64,000 nt of DNA from an uncultured Gemmatimonadales bacterium. GTDB lineage: Bacteria > Gemmatimonadota > Gemmatimonadetes > Gemmatimonadales > GWC2-71-9. Below, piece after piece: positions 20,969 through 30,702 of this stretch. The stretch is from positions 64,001 through 128,000 of the forward strand of contig CAWGSK010000030.1 of the NCBI GenBank assembly GCA_963825055.1. The letters run 5' to 3'. Every line of letters starts with the position of its first letter. The stretch's first letter is position 1. The notes under the pieces are model-generated. The model was not told the origin of the DNA. It saw nothing but the letters and a program-made list of their open reading frames with translations, and searched no databases. Position numbers and translations under genes: made by a program.

Positions 20969-22240
20969 ATGCGACCTGTCCTGAGCCGGGTTGGTGTTGC
21001 GACCCTCGTGGTGTTCACCCTCGTCGGGCGGGCGCAAGCCCAGACCACGCCCGAAGCCTACCGGATGCTCGACGATATCCGTGTCCTCTCCAGCGATGAC
21101 CTGGCGGGGCGCCTGATCGGCTCCCCCGGAGCCGACTCCGCCGCCAATTTCATCGCCGCACGGTTTGCCACCGCCGGCCTCCAGGCGGGGCCTGCGGGCT
21201 GGTTCCAGGTGTTCCAGGTGGCTCGGGATGCCCCGGCGGCGGTCCACGCGCGCCTCGGCGGCGCCATCGGCAGGAATGTCATCGGCGTGCTGCCGGGCAC
21301 GGATCCTGATCTGCGCAACCAGATCGTCATCCTGGGCGCACATTACGACCACCTCGGCCCGGGTGGGTTCGGCAGCCTCGACCCTGACAGTACCGGGATC
21401 ACGCACAACGGCGCGGACGACAACGCCTCCGGCACTGCCGCCCTGGTACACATCGCGCGACGACTGGCGGCCGCACCGCCGCGCCGCACGGTGGTGTTCA
21501 TCGCCTTCAGCGGTGAGGAGCTCGGGCTGCTCGGCTCGGAGTACTACGCCAGCCACCCGCTCTATCCGCTCGACAAGACCGTTGCGATGGTGAACATGGA
21601 CATGATCGGACGGCTCCGGAACCGGCGCCTCATCGTGTACGGCACCGAGACGGCGCGGGAGTTCCCCGCCATGCTCGACTCGCTCAACTGGTATGCCGGG
21701 TTCGACCTGCACAAGCAGGGGGACGGCTACGGTCCGAGTGACCAGTCATCCTTCTACGCCCGCGGCCGACCCGTCCTGCACGTCTTCACGGACCTGCACG
21801 AGGACTACCACCGGACGACGGACGACTGGCAGAAGATCAATGCTGACGGCCTGGTCCGGGTCGCGGACTTCACCGCGAGCATCGTCCGCGCCCTGGCCGA
21901 TCGCACGCCGCCGCTCACCTTCGTAAACCTGCCACCTCCGAAGATGGCCAGCGCGGACAGCGGCAGCAGCTCCGGCTACGGTGCATACCTCGGCAGTATC
22001 CCCGACATGACCGGGAGCCCCGGGGGCGTGCGGATTACCGGGGTGCGCGCCGGGAGTCCGGCGGACGCGGCGGGGCTCAAGTCCGGCGATGTCATCATTC
22101 ACCTCGGTGACATGGAGATCCCGGACCTCCAGGCGCTCGCCGTGGCACTGCGGAAGTACCGGCCCGGTGACGTCGTGAAGCTCGACTGGACCCGCGACGG
22201 CGAACGGCTCAGCACCGACGTCACCCTCGCGAAACGATGA
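20969..22240 (+). CDS. M28-family peptidase with C-terminal PDZ domain
   Basis: Signal peptide; GAHYDHLG, GADDNASG, GEELGLLGS, NMDMIG, SD, YH; PDZ GSPA..AGL..GDVI. Confidence 0.93.
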   Translation: MRPVLSRVGVATLVVFTLVGRAQAQTTPEAYRMLDDIRVLSSDDLAGRLIGSPGADSAANFIAARFATAGLQAGPAGWFQVFQVARDAPAAVHARLGGAIGRNVIGVLPGTDPDLRNQIVILGAHYDHLGPGGFGSLDPDSTGITHNGADDNASGTAALVHIARRLAAAPPRRTVVFIAFSGEELGLLGSEYYASHPLYPLDKTVAMVNMDMIGRLRNRRLIVYGTETAREFPAMLDSLNWYAGFDLHKQGDGYGPSDQSSFYARGRPVLHVFTDLHEDYHRTTDDWQKINADGLVRVADFTASIVRALADRTPPLTFVNLPPPKMASADSGSSSGYGAYLGSIPDMTGSPGGVRITGVRAGSPADAAGLKSGDVIIHLGDMEIPDLQALAVALRKYRPGDVVKLDWTRDGERLSTDVTLAKR

Positions 22241-22713
22241 GCGGCGAGCGAAAACCCGGCGCGGTGCTGGACGCGACACGCGTTGTGGCGGCCCTGCGCG
22301 GGGAATTCGCCCGCGAGGTGGGGCGCCGGGAATTGCTGCAGTTCGCTGCCGACCGGATCCAGGCGGCGGGACCGCCCTACACGTCGGTCTACCTCTACAT
22401 GCTCCATGGCGACACGCTGGACCTGGAGGCCTTCGCAGGCCGGGAGACGGACCACACCCGCATCGCGGTCGGGCACGGAGTCTGCGGGACCGCCGTGGCG
22501 ACGGGAGAAGACCAGAATGTCGGGGACGTCCGCGCGATCGAGAACTACATCGCGTGCAACACGTTCACCCGCTCCGAACTGGTCGTCCTGATCCGGCGTG
22601 GCGACACGATCCTGGGCCAGATCGACGTCGACAGCGACGTCACCGACCCCTTCACGACGGAGGAGGAAGCGGCCGTCCGCCAGGTAGCCGACGCGCTCGC
22701 CGTCCTCCTGTGA
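22237..22713 (+). CDS. GAF-domain protein, free Met-(R)-sulfoxide reductase-like
   Basis: RIAVGHGVCGTA, NYIAC, SELVV and IDVDS motifs of MsrC/YebR. Confidence 0.8.
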   Translation: MSGERKPGAVLDATRVVAALRGEFAREVGRRELLQFAADRIQAAGPPYTSVYLYMLHGDTLDLEAFAGRETDHTRIAVGHGVCGTAVATGEDQNVGDVRAIENYIACNTFTRSELVVLIRRGDTILGQIDVDSDVTDPFTTEEEAAVRQVADALAVLL

Positions 22714-23624
22714 CCTCGCCCCAGCGGCGGGCCTGGTCCTCCGCCGATTTCGTCATCCCACTCCCGCCGGGCCATCGCTTTCCCGTCGCCAAGTACGAGA
22801 AGATCCGGGACACCGTTGTTTCCCGGGGCATTCTCCCCCGCGCCGCCATTGAGGTCCCGGAGCGGGTCGAGCCGTGGGCCCTCGCCCTGGTGCACGATGC
22901 CGGCTGGGTGGATGCCGTCTGTACCGGCCCGATGCCCCCGACCCTGGAACGGCGCCTCGGGCTGCCCGGCTCCGCCGCCCTCCGCGAACGCTCGCTCCGC
23001 ACGGTCCAGGCGACGGTCGAGGCCGCCACCGACGCACTCGATCGCGGCCTCGGAATTTCCCTGGCCGGGGGAACGCACCACGCCTTCCGGGACAGGGGGG
23101 AGGGCTTCTGCGTCTTCAACGACGTGGCGATCGCCACCCGCATGCTGCAGCGCGAGGGCCGGATCCAGCGCGTGGCCGTCCTCGACCTCGACGTGCACCA
23201 GGGAAACGGAACTGCGAGGATTTTTGCGGGCGACCCCGAGGTATACACGTTCTCGATGCACGGGGCGAGCAATTATCCCTTTCACCGGGAGCAGAGCCGT
23301 CTGGATATCGAACTTCCGGACGGAACCGGCGACGCGGATTACCTCGCCGTTCTGGACCGGTACCTGCCCGGTATCCTTCAGGACGCCCGGCCGGACCTCG
23401 TCTTCTTCCTTGCCGGATCCGACCCGTACCGGCACGATCGCTTCGGCCGGCTGGGACTCACCATCGAAGGCCTCCGGGCCAGAGATGCCCGGGTGGTCCA
23501 GGCCTGCCGGGCGCGTGACATCCCGCTCGCCATCACCATGGCCGGTGGGTACGCCACCGACCTGGAGGACATTGCCACCATCCACGCGAACACGGTCCAG
23601 GAAGCGCTGGCCGCCTATGGCTGA
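22710..23624 (+). CDS. Histone-deacetylase-family protein
   Basis: GHRFP..KY, GGTHHA, GFC.FND, DLDVHQGNGT and AGGY motifs. Confidence 0.93.
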   Translation: MTSPQRRAWSSADFVIPLPPGHRFPVAKYEKIRDTVVSRGILPRAAIEVPERVEPWALALVHDAGWVDAVCTGPMPPTLERRLGLPGSAALRERSLRTVQATVEAATDALDRGLGISLAGGTHHAFRDRGEGFCVFNDVAIATRMLQREGRIQRVAVLDLDVHQGNGTARIFAGDPEVYTFSMHGASNYPFHREQSRLDIELPDGTGDADYLAVLDRYLPGILQDARPDLVFFLAGSDPYRHDRFGRLGLTIEGLRARDARVVQACRARDIPLAITMAGGYATDLEDIATIHANTVQEALAAYG

Positions 23625-24453
23625 GACGAGGATGCGGGATGTCCGCGGGGTGTCGCTCTTCGAGCGCCGCGCGGGGGAAGGCCCGGAGGTCGTCGTGCTG
23701 CATGGCGGACCGGGAGCGCACCACGACTACCTGCTGCCTGGCTTCGACGCGCTGGCGCGGGAACGCACCCTCATCTACTACGACCAGCGCGGCGGGGGCC
23801 GCTCCCCCGTCGAGCGCGACGTGCCCGTGGGGTGGCGTGAACATGTTGCGGACCTCGAGGCCCTCCGTGAGTCATGGGGCCTCGATCAGCTGACCATCGC
23901 CGGGTATTCCTGGGGCGGCCTGCTGGCCCTGCTGTACGCCACCACCCACCCAGGCCGGGTCGCCCGTCTGGCCCTGGTCTCGCCTGCTCCGGCCTGGCGC
24001 GCGGCCCGGGAGGAATTCGAGCGCCGTTTCGCCGAGCGGAACCTTGCCCCATGGCTCCAGGAGGCGCGACAGGACCTGCGGGAAAGCGGGATCCGCGAAG
24101 CCGACCCGGAAGCCTATCGCCAGCGGCTGTTCGAGCTGTCCGTGGCCGCGTACTTTCACGATCCCGCCCGTGCCACCGACCTCACGCCCTTCCGGGTCAC
24201 GGGACGGACCCAGACGGAGGTCTGGGAAAGCCTCGGCGACTATGACCTGCGCCCGGTCCTCCCGAACGTCGGCGCCCCCGCCGTGGTCCTCCACGGCGAC
24301 GACGATCCCATTCCCGCCGACTCCACCCGCACCACCGCCGGGCTCCTGGAGGCGCCGTTCCACCTTCTTCCCCGCTGTGGCCACGTGCCGTACGTCGAGG
24401 CGTTCGAGGAGTTCGTCAGGGTCCTCGATGCCTTCCTTCCGGCCGCGTCCTGA
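23617..24453 (+). CDS. Alpha/beta hydrolase (proline iminopeptidase-like)
   Basis: HGGPG, YDQRGGGRS, GYSWGG, GDDD and GH motifs. Confidence 0.88.
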   Translation: MAETRMRDVRGVSLFERRAGEGPEVVVLHGGPGAHHDYLLPGFDALARERTLIYYDQRGGGRSPVERDVPVGWREHVADLEALRESWGLDQLTIAGYSWGGLLALLYATTHPGRVARLALVSPAPAWRAAREEFERRFAERNLAPWLQEARQDLRESGIREADPEAYRQRLFELSVAAYFHDPARATDLTPFRVTGRTQTEVWESLGDYDLRPVLPNVGAPAVVLHGDDDPIPADSTRTTAGLLEAPFHLLPRCGHVPYVEAFEEFVRVLDAFLPAAS

Positions 24454-24492
24454 GGCCGGCCAGCCGGCCGGGCCTGTTAGTTTCCCACGGAA

Positions 24493-25155
24493 ATGAGTGA
24501 ACGTCCAACCCCGTTCGGCCTCGTGTTCGACGAGCTGTCGCGGTCCAGGTTCCCCGCCCTGCGGGAATCACTGGCCGAGCGCCGTGCGAACCCGCACGAC
24601 CGTGATGCTTTCCTGCTGGACCCCGTCGGCATCCAGACCCTCCGCGCCATTGTCCCGGAGGAAGGCGTAGGCGAGGCGATCGACCAGCACGTTGCGATCC
24701 TGCACAACGCCTATCTCTACTGGCATGATGGCGAGCGCATGGTACGCCTTGCCCGGCCGGAGGCCGAACAGCTGCTCGGCTCCCCTGCGGCTGACGGTGA
24801 CGGCCCCTCCCCGGCCTGGTATGTACAAATGCCCGAGCGCCTGCTCTGGGCACGCGTGAACGAAGCGCAGCCTCACGAGCCGCTCGACGGGCTCTTCGTC
24901 CATCGCGATGGCGGTGACATCCTGCACGTGCTCGCCGTGTTCGGCCTGCACACCGAGCGCCTCGGATTCAGCGTCGTGGAAGCCAGCGGACCGCGCCCGC
25001 CAGGCCTGGTGCGAGAGGATGGAACCCCGCTTTTCTCTTCCGTCATGGAGGGCGGCGATCGCGCCGGTCTCTATTCCATCACCGGCGGCGAAGAACTGCT
25101 GGAACTCGGCGCACGCGCCCTGGCAGCCGCCAACGCCAGCCAGAATACGCCATGA
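24493..25155 (+). CDS. Hypothetical protein
   Basis: 220-aa ORF with typical codon usage; ATGA overlap with polX. Confidence 0.7.
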   Translation: MSERPTPFGLVFDELSRSRFPALRESLAERRANPHDRDAFLLDPVGIQTLRAIVPEEGVGEAIDQHVAILHNAYLYWHDGERMVRLARPEAEQLLGSPAADGDGPSPAWYVQMPERLLWARVNEAQPHEPLDGLFVHRDGGDILHVLAVFGLHTERLGFSVVEASGPRPPGLVREDGTPLFSSVMEGGDRAGLYSITGGEELLELGARALAAANASQNTP

Positions 25156-26888
25156 CCCCCCCGATGGGCCGGAAGGCCGTGGCGGGCGTGCTGGAGCAGA
25201 TCGCGTCGTTCCTTGAGCTCAAGGGTGAGAACACCTTCCGGGTGCGGGCATTCCGCACTTCCGCCCGCGTGGTCGGCGGGTTGCCCGTGGAGGTCCCGGA
25301 GGCGCTGGCGGACGGCTCGCTTGCCGCCGCGAAGGGCGTCGGACCGGCCACGCTCGAGATCATTACGGAACTCGTACGGACCGGGCGAAGCACCCTCCTC
25401 GCCGAGCTCCGTGAGCAGGTTCCCCCGGGCCTCGTCGAGATGCTCTCCATCTCCGGCCTCGGCGTAAACAAAATCCGCCAGATCCATGAGATGCTCGGCG
25501 TGGACTCACTTCCCGAGCTGGAAAGCGCTGCGCGCGATGGCCGGCTCGCCGGGCTCCCACGTTTCGGCCCTCGAACCGCCGAGAGCGTGCTGAAGGGCAT
25601 CGCATTCCTCCGGCAGACCCGGGGACAGCGGCTGGCGCACCACGCAGCGGAGGAGGCCCAGGCGCTCCGGGAATCGCTGGAACAGCTGCCCGGCGTCCTG
25701 CGGGCCGACATCGCGGGGGAGGTGCGGCGCCGCTGCGAGGTGGTGCAGGAGATCGTCCTGGTGCTGGTCGCCGAGGCGGCCCCCGCCGAGATATTCAGCC
25801 GGCTGGCGGACCTGCCGGGCGTCCAGGAGTTCGCCGGGCAGGACGAGCGGCGTGTCACGCTCCGCTTCGCCGGGGGATCAGCTGCGCAGATCGTCGTGAC
25901 GACCACCGTCAACGCCGGAACGGTCCTCGTGCAGGCAACCGGAAACGACGCGCACCTGGAGGCGCTGGCAGCCCATGCCGAACGCCAGGGGTTTGGCCTT
26001 GGCGCGGCGGCGCTCTGGCGCGGTTCGACGTTCGTCCCCACGCCTGACGAGGACACGTTCTACCGGGTACTCGGGCTGCAGCCTGTCCCGCCGGAACTGC
26101 GCGAGGGGCAGGGCGAGGTCGAGGCGGCGGCGGCCGGTACGCTCCCCGTCCTGCTGGAGAGTGCCGACCTGAAAGGGTTCCTGCACTGCCACACGAATTA
26201 CTCCGACGGGTCAAATACCGTCCTGGAGGTCGGCCGGGCATGCCTGGACGCAGGGTACGCGTATGTGGGAATTACCGACCACAGCGGCAGCGCGGCGTAC
26301 GCCGGAGGCCTCAGCAGCGACGACCTCCGTCGCCAGCATGATGAGGTTGTCGCCGCAAACGCATCGCTCAGCGGCATCCGGATCCTGCAGGGCGTCGAGG
26401 CCGACATCCTCGCTGACGGTTCCCTCGACTATGACGACGACACGCTCGCGCGGCTCGATTTTGTCATTGGCTCCATCCACAGCCGGTTCAGCATGGACCG
26501 CGAGGAAATGACCGCGAGAGTCCTGACAGCAATGGACAACCCTCACCTGGCGATCATCGGTCATCCCACGGGCCGTCTCCTGCTCGCCCGCAACCCATAC
26601 GGGCTCGACATCGATCGTGTTTTCGAGAAAGCGGCAGCGAACGGTGTCGCCATCGAGATCAATGCCGACCCCCATCGCCTCGACCTGGACTGGCGGCTCG
26701 CCCGGCAGGCCCGCGAAGCCGGAGTGACCCTCAGCATCGGCGCGGACGCCCACAACATCGCCGGCCTGCGTCACGTGGAGCTCGGCGTCGGCGTCGCCCG
26801 GAAGGCCTGGCTCACCGCCGCGGATGTCCTGAATGCCCGGCCACTCGAGGGATTTCTTGCCCATGTCGGGCACCGGAGAAAGGTCTGA
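25152..26888 (+). CDS. polX: Family X DNA polymerase/PHP protein (non-canonical polymerase active site)
   Basis: GENTFRVRAF, HhH motifs, VPPELREG; PHP motifs HCHT..SDG, TDHS, GHP, EIN, DAH. Confidence 0.92.
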   Translation: MTPPMGRKAVAGVLEQIASFLELKGENTFRVRAFRTSARVVGGLPVEVPEALADGSLAAAKGVGPATLEIITELVRTGRSTLLAELREQVPPGLVEMLSISGLGVNKIRQIHEMLGVDSLPELESAARDGRLAGLPRFGPRTAESVLKGIAFLRQTRGQRLAHHAAEEAQALRESLEQLPGVLRADIAGEVRRRCEVVQEIVLVLVAEAAPAEIFSRLADLPGVQEFAGQDERRVTLRFAGGSAAQIVVTTTVNAGTVLVQATGNDAHLEALAAHAERQGFGLGAAALWRGSTFVPTPDEDTFYRVLGLQPVPPELREGQGEVEAAAAGTLPVLLESADLKGFLHCHTNYSDGSNTVLEVGRACLDAGYAYVGITDHSGSAAYAGGLSSDDLRRQHDEVVAANASLSGIRILQGVEADILADGSLDYDDDTLARLDFVIGSIHSRFSMDREEMTARVLTAMDNPHLAIIGHPTGRLLLARNPYGLDIDRVFEKAAANGVAIEINADPHRLDLDWRLARQAREAGVTLSIGADAHNIAGLRHVELGVGVARKAWLTAADVLNARPLEGFLAHVGHRRKV

Positions 26889-27571
26889 TGGCAAAGCCCC
26901 CCGCGGTGACTCCGTCCTCCGTTCGCCGGGAGAGCAGGCCTGCCCGCAGGCGCCGCGCGGGAGCCATCCTGGCGCTCCTCAAGAAGGAGTATCCGGATGC
27001 GGCCTGTGCCCTGGTGCACCACGGGCCGTACCAGCTCCTCGTCGCGACCATTCTCTCCGCGCAGTGTACCGACGCGAGGGTGAACATGGTCACCCCCGCC
27101 CTGTTCGAGCGTTATCCGGAACCGGCGGCCCTCGCCGCCGCGCGCCAGGAGGATGTCGAGGAACTGATCCGCTCCACCGGTTTCTTCCGGAACAAGGCGA
27201 AGAACCTGATTGCGATGGCCCGGGCGCTGGTCGCGGACCATGACGGGCTCATACCTGACGACATGGACGCACTTCGCGCCCTGCCGGGCGTCGGGCGAAA
27301 GACCGCCAACGTTGTCCTGGGAAATGCCTTCGGAATCAACGCCGGCATCACCGTGGACACTCACGTGACCCGGCTCAGCCGCCTGCTTGGCCTGACGACC
27401 GAGACCGATCCGGAGAAGATCGAGCGGGACCTGATGCAACTGATACCGAAGAAGGACTGGACCCTCGTCTCCCACCTGCTGATCCTGCACGGCCGCGCGG
27501 TGTGCATCGCCAGGCGGCCGCGCCATGAGATCTGCGCCGTGGCTCACCTCTGCCCGTCCGCGCGAGCCTGA
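26888..27571 (+). CDS. nth: Endonuclease III
   Basis: LSAQCTD, LPGVGRKTA (catalytic Lys), VDTHV and C-terminal Fe-S motif. Confidence 0.95.
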   Translation: MAKPPAVTPSSVRRESRPARRRRAGAILALLKKEYPDAACALVHHGPYQLLVATILSAQCTDARVNMVTPALFERYPEPAALAAARQEDVEELIRSTGFFRNKAKNLIAMARALVADHDGLIPDDMDALRALPGVGRKTANVVLGNAFGINAGITVDTHVTRLSRLLGLTTETDPEKIERDLMQLIPKKDWTLVSHLLILHGRAVCIARRPRHEICAVAHLCPSARA

Positions 27572-29682
27572 TGGCCGGTAACCGCCTCGGGCACGCTGCC
27601 TCGGCCTATCTCCAATCGGCCGCGCACCAGCCCGTGCACTGGTATCCCTGGGGCGCCGAGGCCTTCGCCACCGCCCGCGACCTGGATCGCCCCATCCTGC
27701 TGGACATCGGTGCGGTCTGGTGCCACTGGTGTCACGTGATGGATGGCGAGTCGTACGAAGACCCGGCGCTTGCGGAGTGGCTCAACACCCGCTTCGTGTG
27801 CGTGAAGGTTGACCGCGACGAACGTCCAGACGTGGACGCCCGCTACCAGCGCGCCGTCCAGTCCTTCACCGGGCAGGGCGGATGGCCGCTGACGGCATTC
27901 CTCACGCCGGCGGGGGACGTTTTCTACGGCGGGACCTACTTCCCTCCCGACGGCAGGTACGGCCGCCCCGGTTTCCGGAGTGTCCTGGAACGGGTGTCCG
28001 AGGTATACCGCGGGGAACGGGACCGGGTCGAGGCACAGGGCGGAGCGATCCGCCAGATGCTGGCCCGCTCGCTCGACGAGACGGCCCCGGGCGAGGTCAC
28101 GCCGGCCGTGCTCGAGGCCGCCGTCGGATCCATGCGCCAGGCCTTCGACGCGGCACACGGTGGCTTCGGGAGCGCGCCCAAGTTCCCCCACCCGGCCGCG
28201 ATCCGTTTTCTGCTGGGGTACGCCGCCGACCACGACGACCAGGACGCGGAGGACATGGCGCTCGCCAACCTCACCGCGATGGCGCGCGGGGGCATTCACG
28301 ACCACCTCGGTGGCGGCTTCCATCGCTACAGCACCGACGCGCAATGGATCGTCCCGCATTTTGAGAAGATGGCCTACGACAACGCCGGGCTCCTGCAGGC
28401 CTACGTGGAGGGCGTCGCGTGGAGTGGCGACCCGGCGTACGAACGGGCCGCGGCCGGCATCGTGCAGTGGATCCGCGAGGTCCTCGCGCTGCCCGATGAC
28501 GGGTTCGGGGCAAGCCAGGACGCTGATGTCGGGCTGGACGACGACGGCGACTACTTCACCTGGACCCTGGCCGAATCCGCCGCAGTGCTGGACGAGCGTG
28601 AGCTCGCCGTGGCGGCCGCGTATTTCGACATTGGCACCGCGGGCGAAATGCACCACAATCCCTCGAAGAATGTCCTCTACGTTGCCGCTTCCATCGAGGA
28701 GGTGGCCGGGCGGACCGGACTCGGGACCGGGCGGGCCCGCGAGCTGCTCGAGTCGGCGCTGACAAAACTCCGCGCTGCAAGGGATGGTCGTGAGTCCCCG
28801 TTCGTGGACCGTACGCCGTACACCAGCTGGAATGCCATGGTGGCGGCGGCATTGCTCCGCGCGGCGCCAATCCTCGATGACGACGAGGCGGGACGCCTCG
28901 GCATACGCGCACTCGAGCGTATCCGTCGCGAAGCCCCGCGTCCTGACGCGGTGGGGCATACGCCCGGGGCGTCCCCCACCCTGCTGGACGACCAGGTCCA
29001 GGTGGCGCTCGCGGCCCTGGAGGCCGCAGAGTTCACCGGCGAAGCCAGTTGGGCCGACTGGGCCGGTCGGATCATGGCGCGCGCGTGGGACGTGCATGCC
29101 GATCCGGCCGGGGGCCTCTTCGACACGGTTCCCGGCTCGGGCGGCGAGGGCCTGCTCCCGGAGCCGGCCAAGGCGGTGCAGGACGCTCCGACGCCCGGAC
29201 CCAATGCGGTCGCCGCGGTGGTCTGCGCCCGTCTCGCGGAGTGGAACGGGGATCTGGTCTGGGCGAAGCGCCGGGATGCGCTGGTCCGCGCCTTCGGCGG
29301 CCGTGCCGCCGAGCTCGGGCTCCATGGCGCGACCCTGCTCTCCGCGGTCGACTGGGCCCTGAACCCCGCCACCCACATGGTGATTACGGGTGCGCCGGAT
29401 GACCCCGTCGCCCGGGAGATGTACCGCACGGCGCTCGCCGCCTTTGCCCCGAGGCGCGTGGTCCGGTGGCTCGCGCCGGACGAGGACAGGATGGGCCTGC
29501 CCCGCCCGCTCGTGGCGATGCTGGACGCCACGGCCGGTGGCGTGCGCGGCTACGCCTGCGCCGGCGCGACCTGCCAGGCGCCGGCGGCCTCACTGGAAGA
29601 GTGGCGGGCGGCGCTGCGCAGCGCCGGGGCACGGCTGCCGGCTCGCTGGGGTGAGCCGGAAAACGGGGCTACCTTTCCCTGA
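27571..29682 (+). CDS. Thioredoxin-domain protein (YyaL/SSP411, DUF255)
   Basis: NRL....[22 protein letters not shown] and PHFEKM motifs. Confidence 0.93.
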   Translation: MAGNRLGHAASAYLQSAAHQPVHWYPWGAEAFATARDLDRPILLDIGAVWCHWCHVMDGESYEDPALAEWLNTRFVCVKVDRDERPDVDARYQRAVQSFTGQGGWPLTAFLTPAGDVFYGGTYFPPDGRYGRPGFRSVLERVSEVYRGERDRVEAQGGAIRQMLARSLDETAPGEVTPAVLEAAVGSMRQAFDAAHGGFGSAPKFPHPAAIRFLLGYAADHDDQDAEDMALANLTAMARGGIHDHLGGGFHRYSTDAQWIVPHFEKMAYDNAGLLQAYVEGVAWSGDPAYERAAAGIVQWIREVLALPDDGFGASQDADVGLDDDGDYFTWTLAESAAVLDERELAVAAAYFDIGTAGEMHHNPSKNVLYVAASIEEVAGRTGLGTGRARELLESALTKLRAARDGRESPFVDRTPYTSWNAMVAAALLRAAPILDDDEAGRLGIRALERIRREAPRPDAVGHTPGASPTLLDDQVQVALAALEAAEFTGEASWADWAGRIMARAWDVHADPAGGLFDTVPGSGGEGLLPEPAKAVQDAPTPGPNAVAAVVCARLAEWNGDLVWAKRRDALVRAFGGRAAELGLHGATLLSAVDWALNPATHMVITGAPDDPVAREMYRTALAAFAPRRVVRWLAPDEDRMGLPRPLVAMLDATAGGVRGYACAGATCQAPAASLEEWRAALRSAGARLPARWGEPENGATFP

Positions 29683-29748
29683 CCTGTTCCGGGGCCCGGT
29701 CGCGTGGAACGTCCTCGCGCCGCCGGAAGAACATCAGTTGGGGGAAGC

Positions 29749-30195
29749 ATGAAGCACGCCGTAATCGAGACCAGCCGTGGCACCATCAAGGCCGACCTGT
29801 TCGATGAAGAGACGCCGGGCACGGTCGCCAATTTCGAGAAACTTTCCAACAGCGAGTTCTATGACGGAACCCGCTTTCACCGGGTCATCCCGAACTTCGT
29901 CATCCAGGGCGGCGATCCGCTCTCCCGCGACCCGAACAACCCGCGGGTCGGCACCGGCGGTCCGGGGTACAAGATCAAGTGCGAGACCGACCGGAACACG
30001 CACAAACACGTGGCAGGTACGCTCTCCATGGCCCATGCGGGGAAGGACACTGGTGGCAGCCAGTTCTTCATCGCGCACTCGCCCCAGCCCCACCTCGACA
30101 AGGTCCACACCGTCTTCGGCCAGGTTACCGAAGGCATGGACGTAGTCAACCAGATCCGCCAGGGCGACGTCATCACCTCGATCCGGGTCGACTGA
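29749..30195 (+). CDS. Cyclophilin-type peptidyl-prolyl isomerase
   Basis: [19 protein letters not shown] and GSQFFI...HLD..HTVFGQV motifs. Confidence 0.95.
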   Translation: MKHAVIETSRGTIKADLFDEETPGTVANFEKLSNSEFYDGTRFHRVIPNFVIQGGDPLSRDPNNPRVGTGGPGYKIKCETDRNTHKHVAGTLSMAHAGKDTGGSQFFIAHSPQPHLDKVHTVFGQVTEGMDVVNQIRQGDVITSIRVD

Positions 30196-30611
30196 CCCTG
30201 CAACTCGACTTCGCGGTCCTCGCTGACTACGCCCTGATCGACCAGCAGGGCAAGCTGTCGATCCTCGGCATCTTCCAGAATGTGTGGGTCGCGACGTTCC
30301 CGACCGTCCACGCCCGGACCCACCTGGTGGTCCGGGTGCGTGGTCGGCGCACGGAGGTGGGAAGCCACGGTCTCCGGATCCGGTTCGTCGACGACCAGGA
30401 CACGGAATTGCTTGGCGGCCAGGGCACAGTCGAGTTCGGTGAACCGCCGGCCGGCGTGACGGAACTGGAGGCGGGAGCCGTCCTGGTCTTCGACATCCCC
30501 CTCCCCCGGGCCGGGGCGTATGCCTTCGAGATCAGCCTGGACGGAGGGGCAGTCCACCGGGTCCCGCTGGTCGCCGGGCAGCTCCAGGCCCCCGGGAACT
30601 ACCAGCACTAG
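30192..30611 (+). CDS. DUF6941-like small beta-sandwich protein (apparent CTG start)
   Basis: [10 protein letters not shown]...GKLSILGIF...G.Y.FEI pattern; no in-frame ATG/GTG at the expected N-terminus. Confidence 0.7.
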   Translation: MTLQLDFAVLADYALIDQQGKLSILGIFQNVWVATFPTVHARTHLVVRVRGRRTEVGSHGLRIRFVDDQDTELLGGQGTVEFGEPPAGVTELEAGAVLVFDIPLPRAGAYAFEISLDGGAVHRVPLVAGQLQAPGNYQH

Positions 30612-30702
30612 GTCGGCCATCCGCTTGCCAGCCCGGTGACCGAACCCGATATTCCTGACACTATCCGCAACACCACTCCTTACCAGCGCGGAGAAACACA
30701 CA

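Noticed and set aside
22816..24453. 545-aa ORF as an HDAC-hydrolase fusion
   Set aside because: The two genes are in different frames; the hydrolase starts at 23617.
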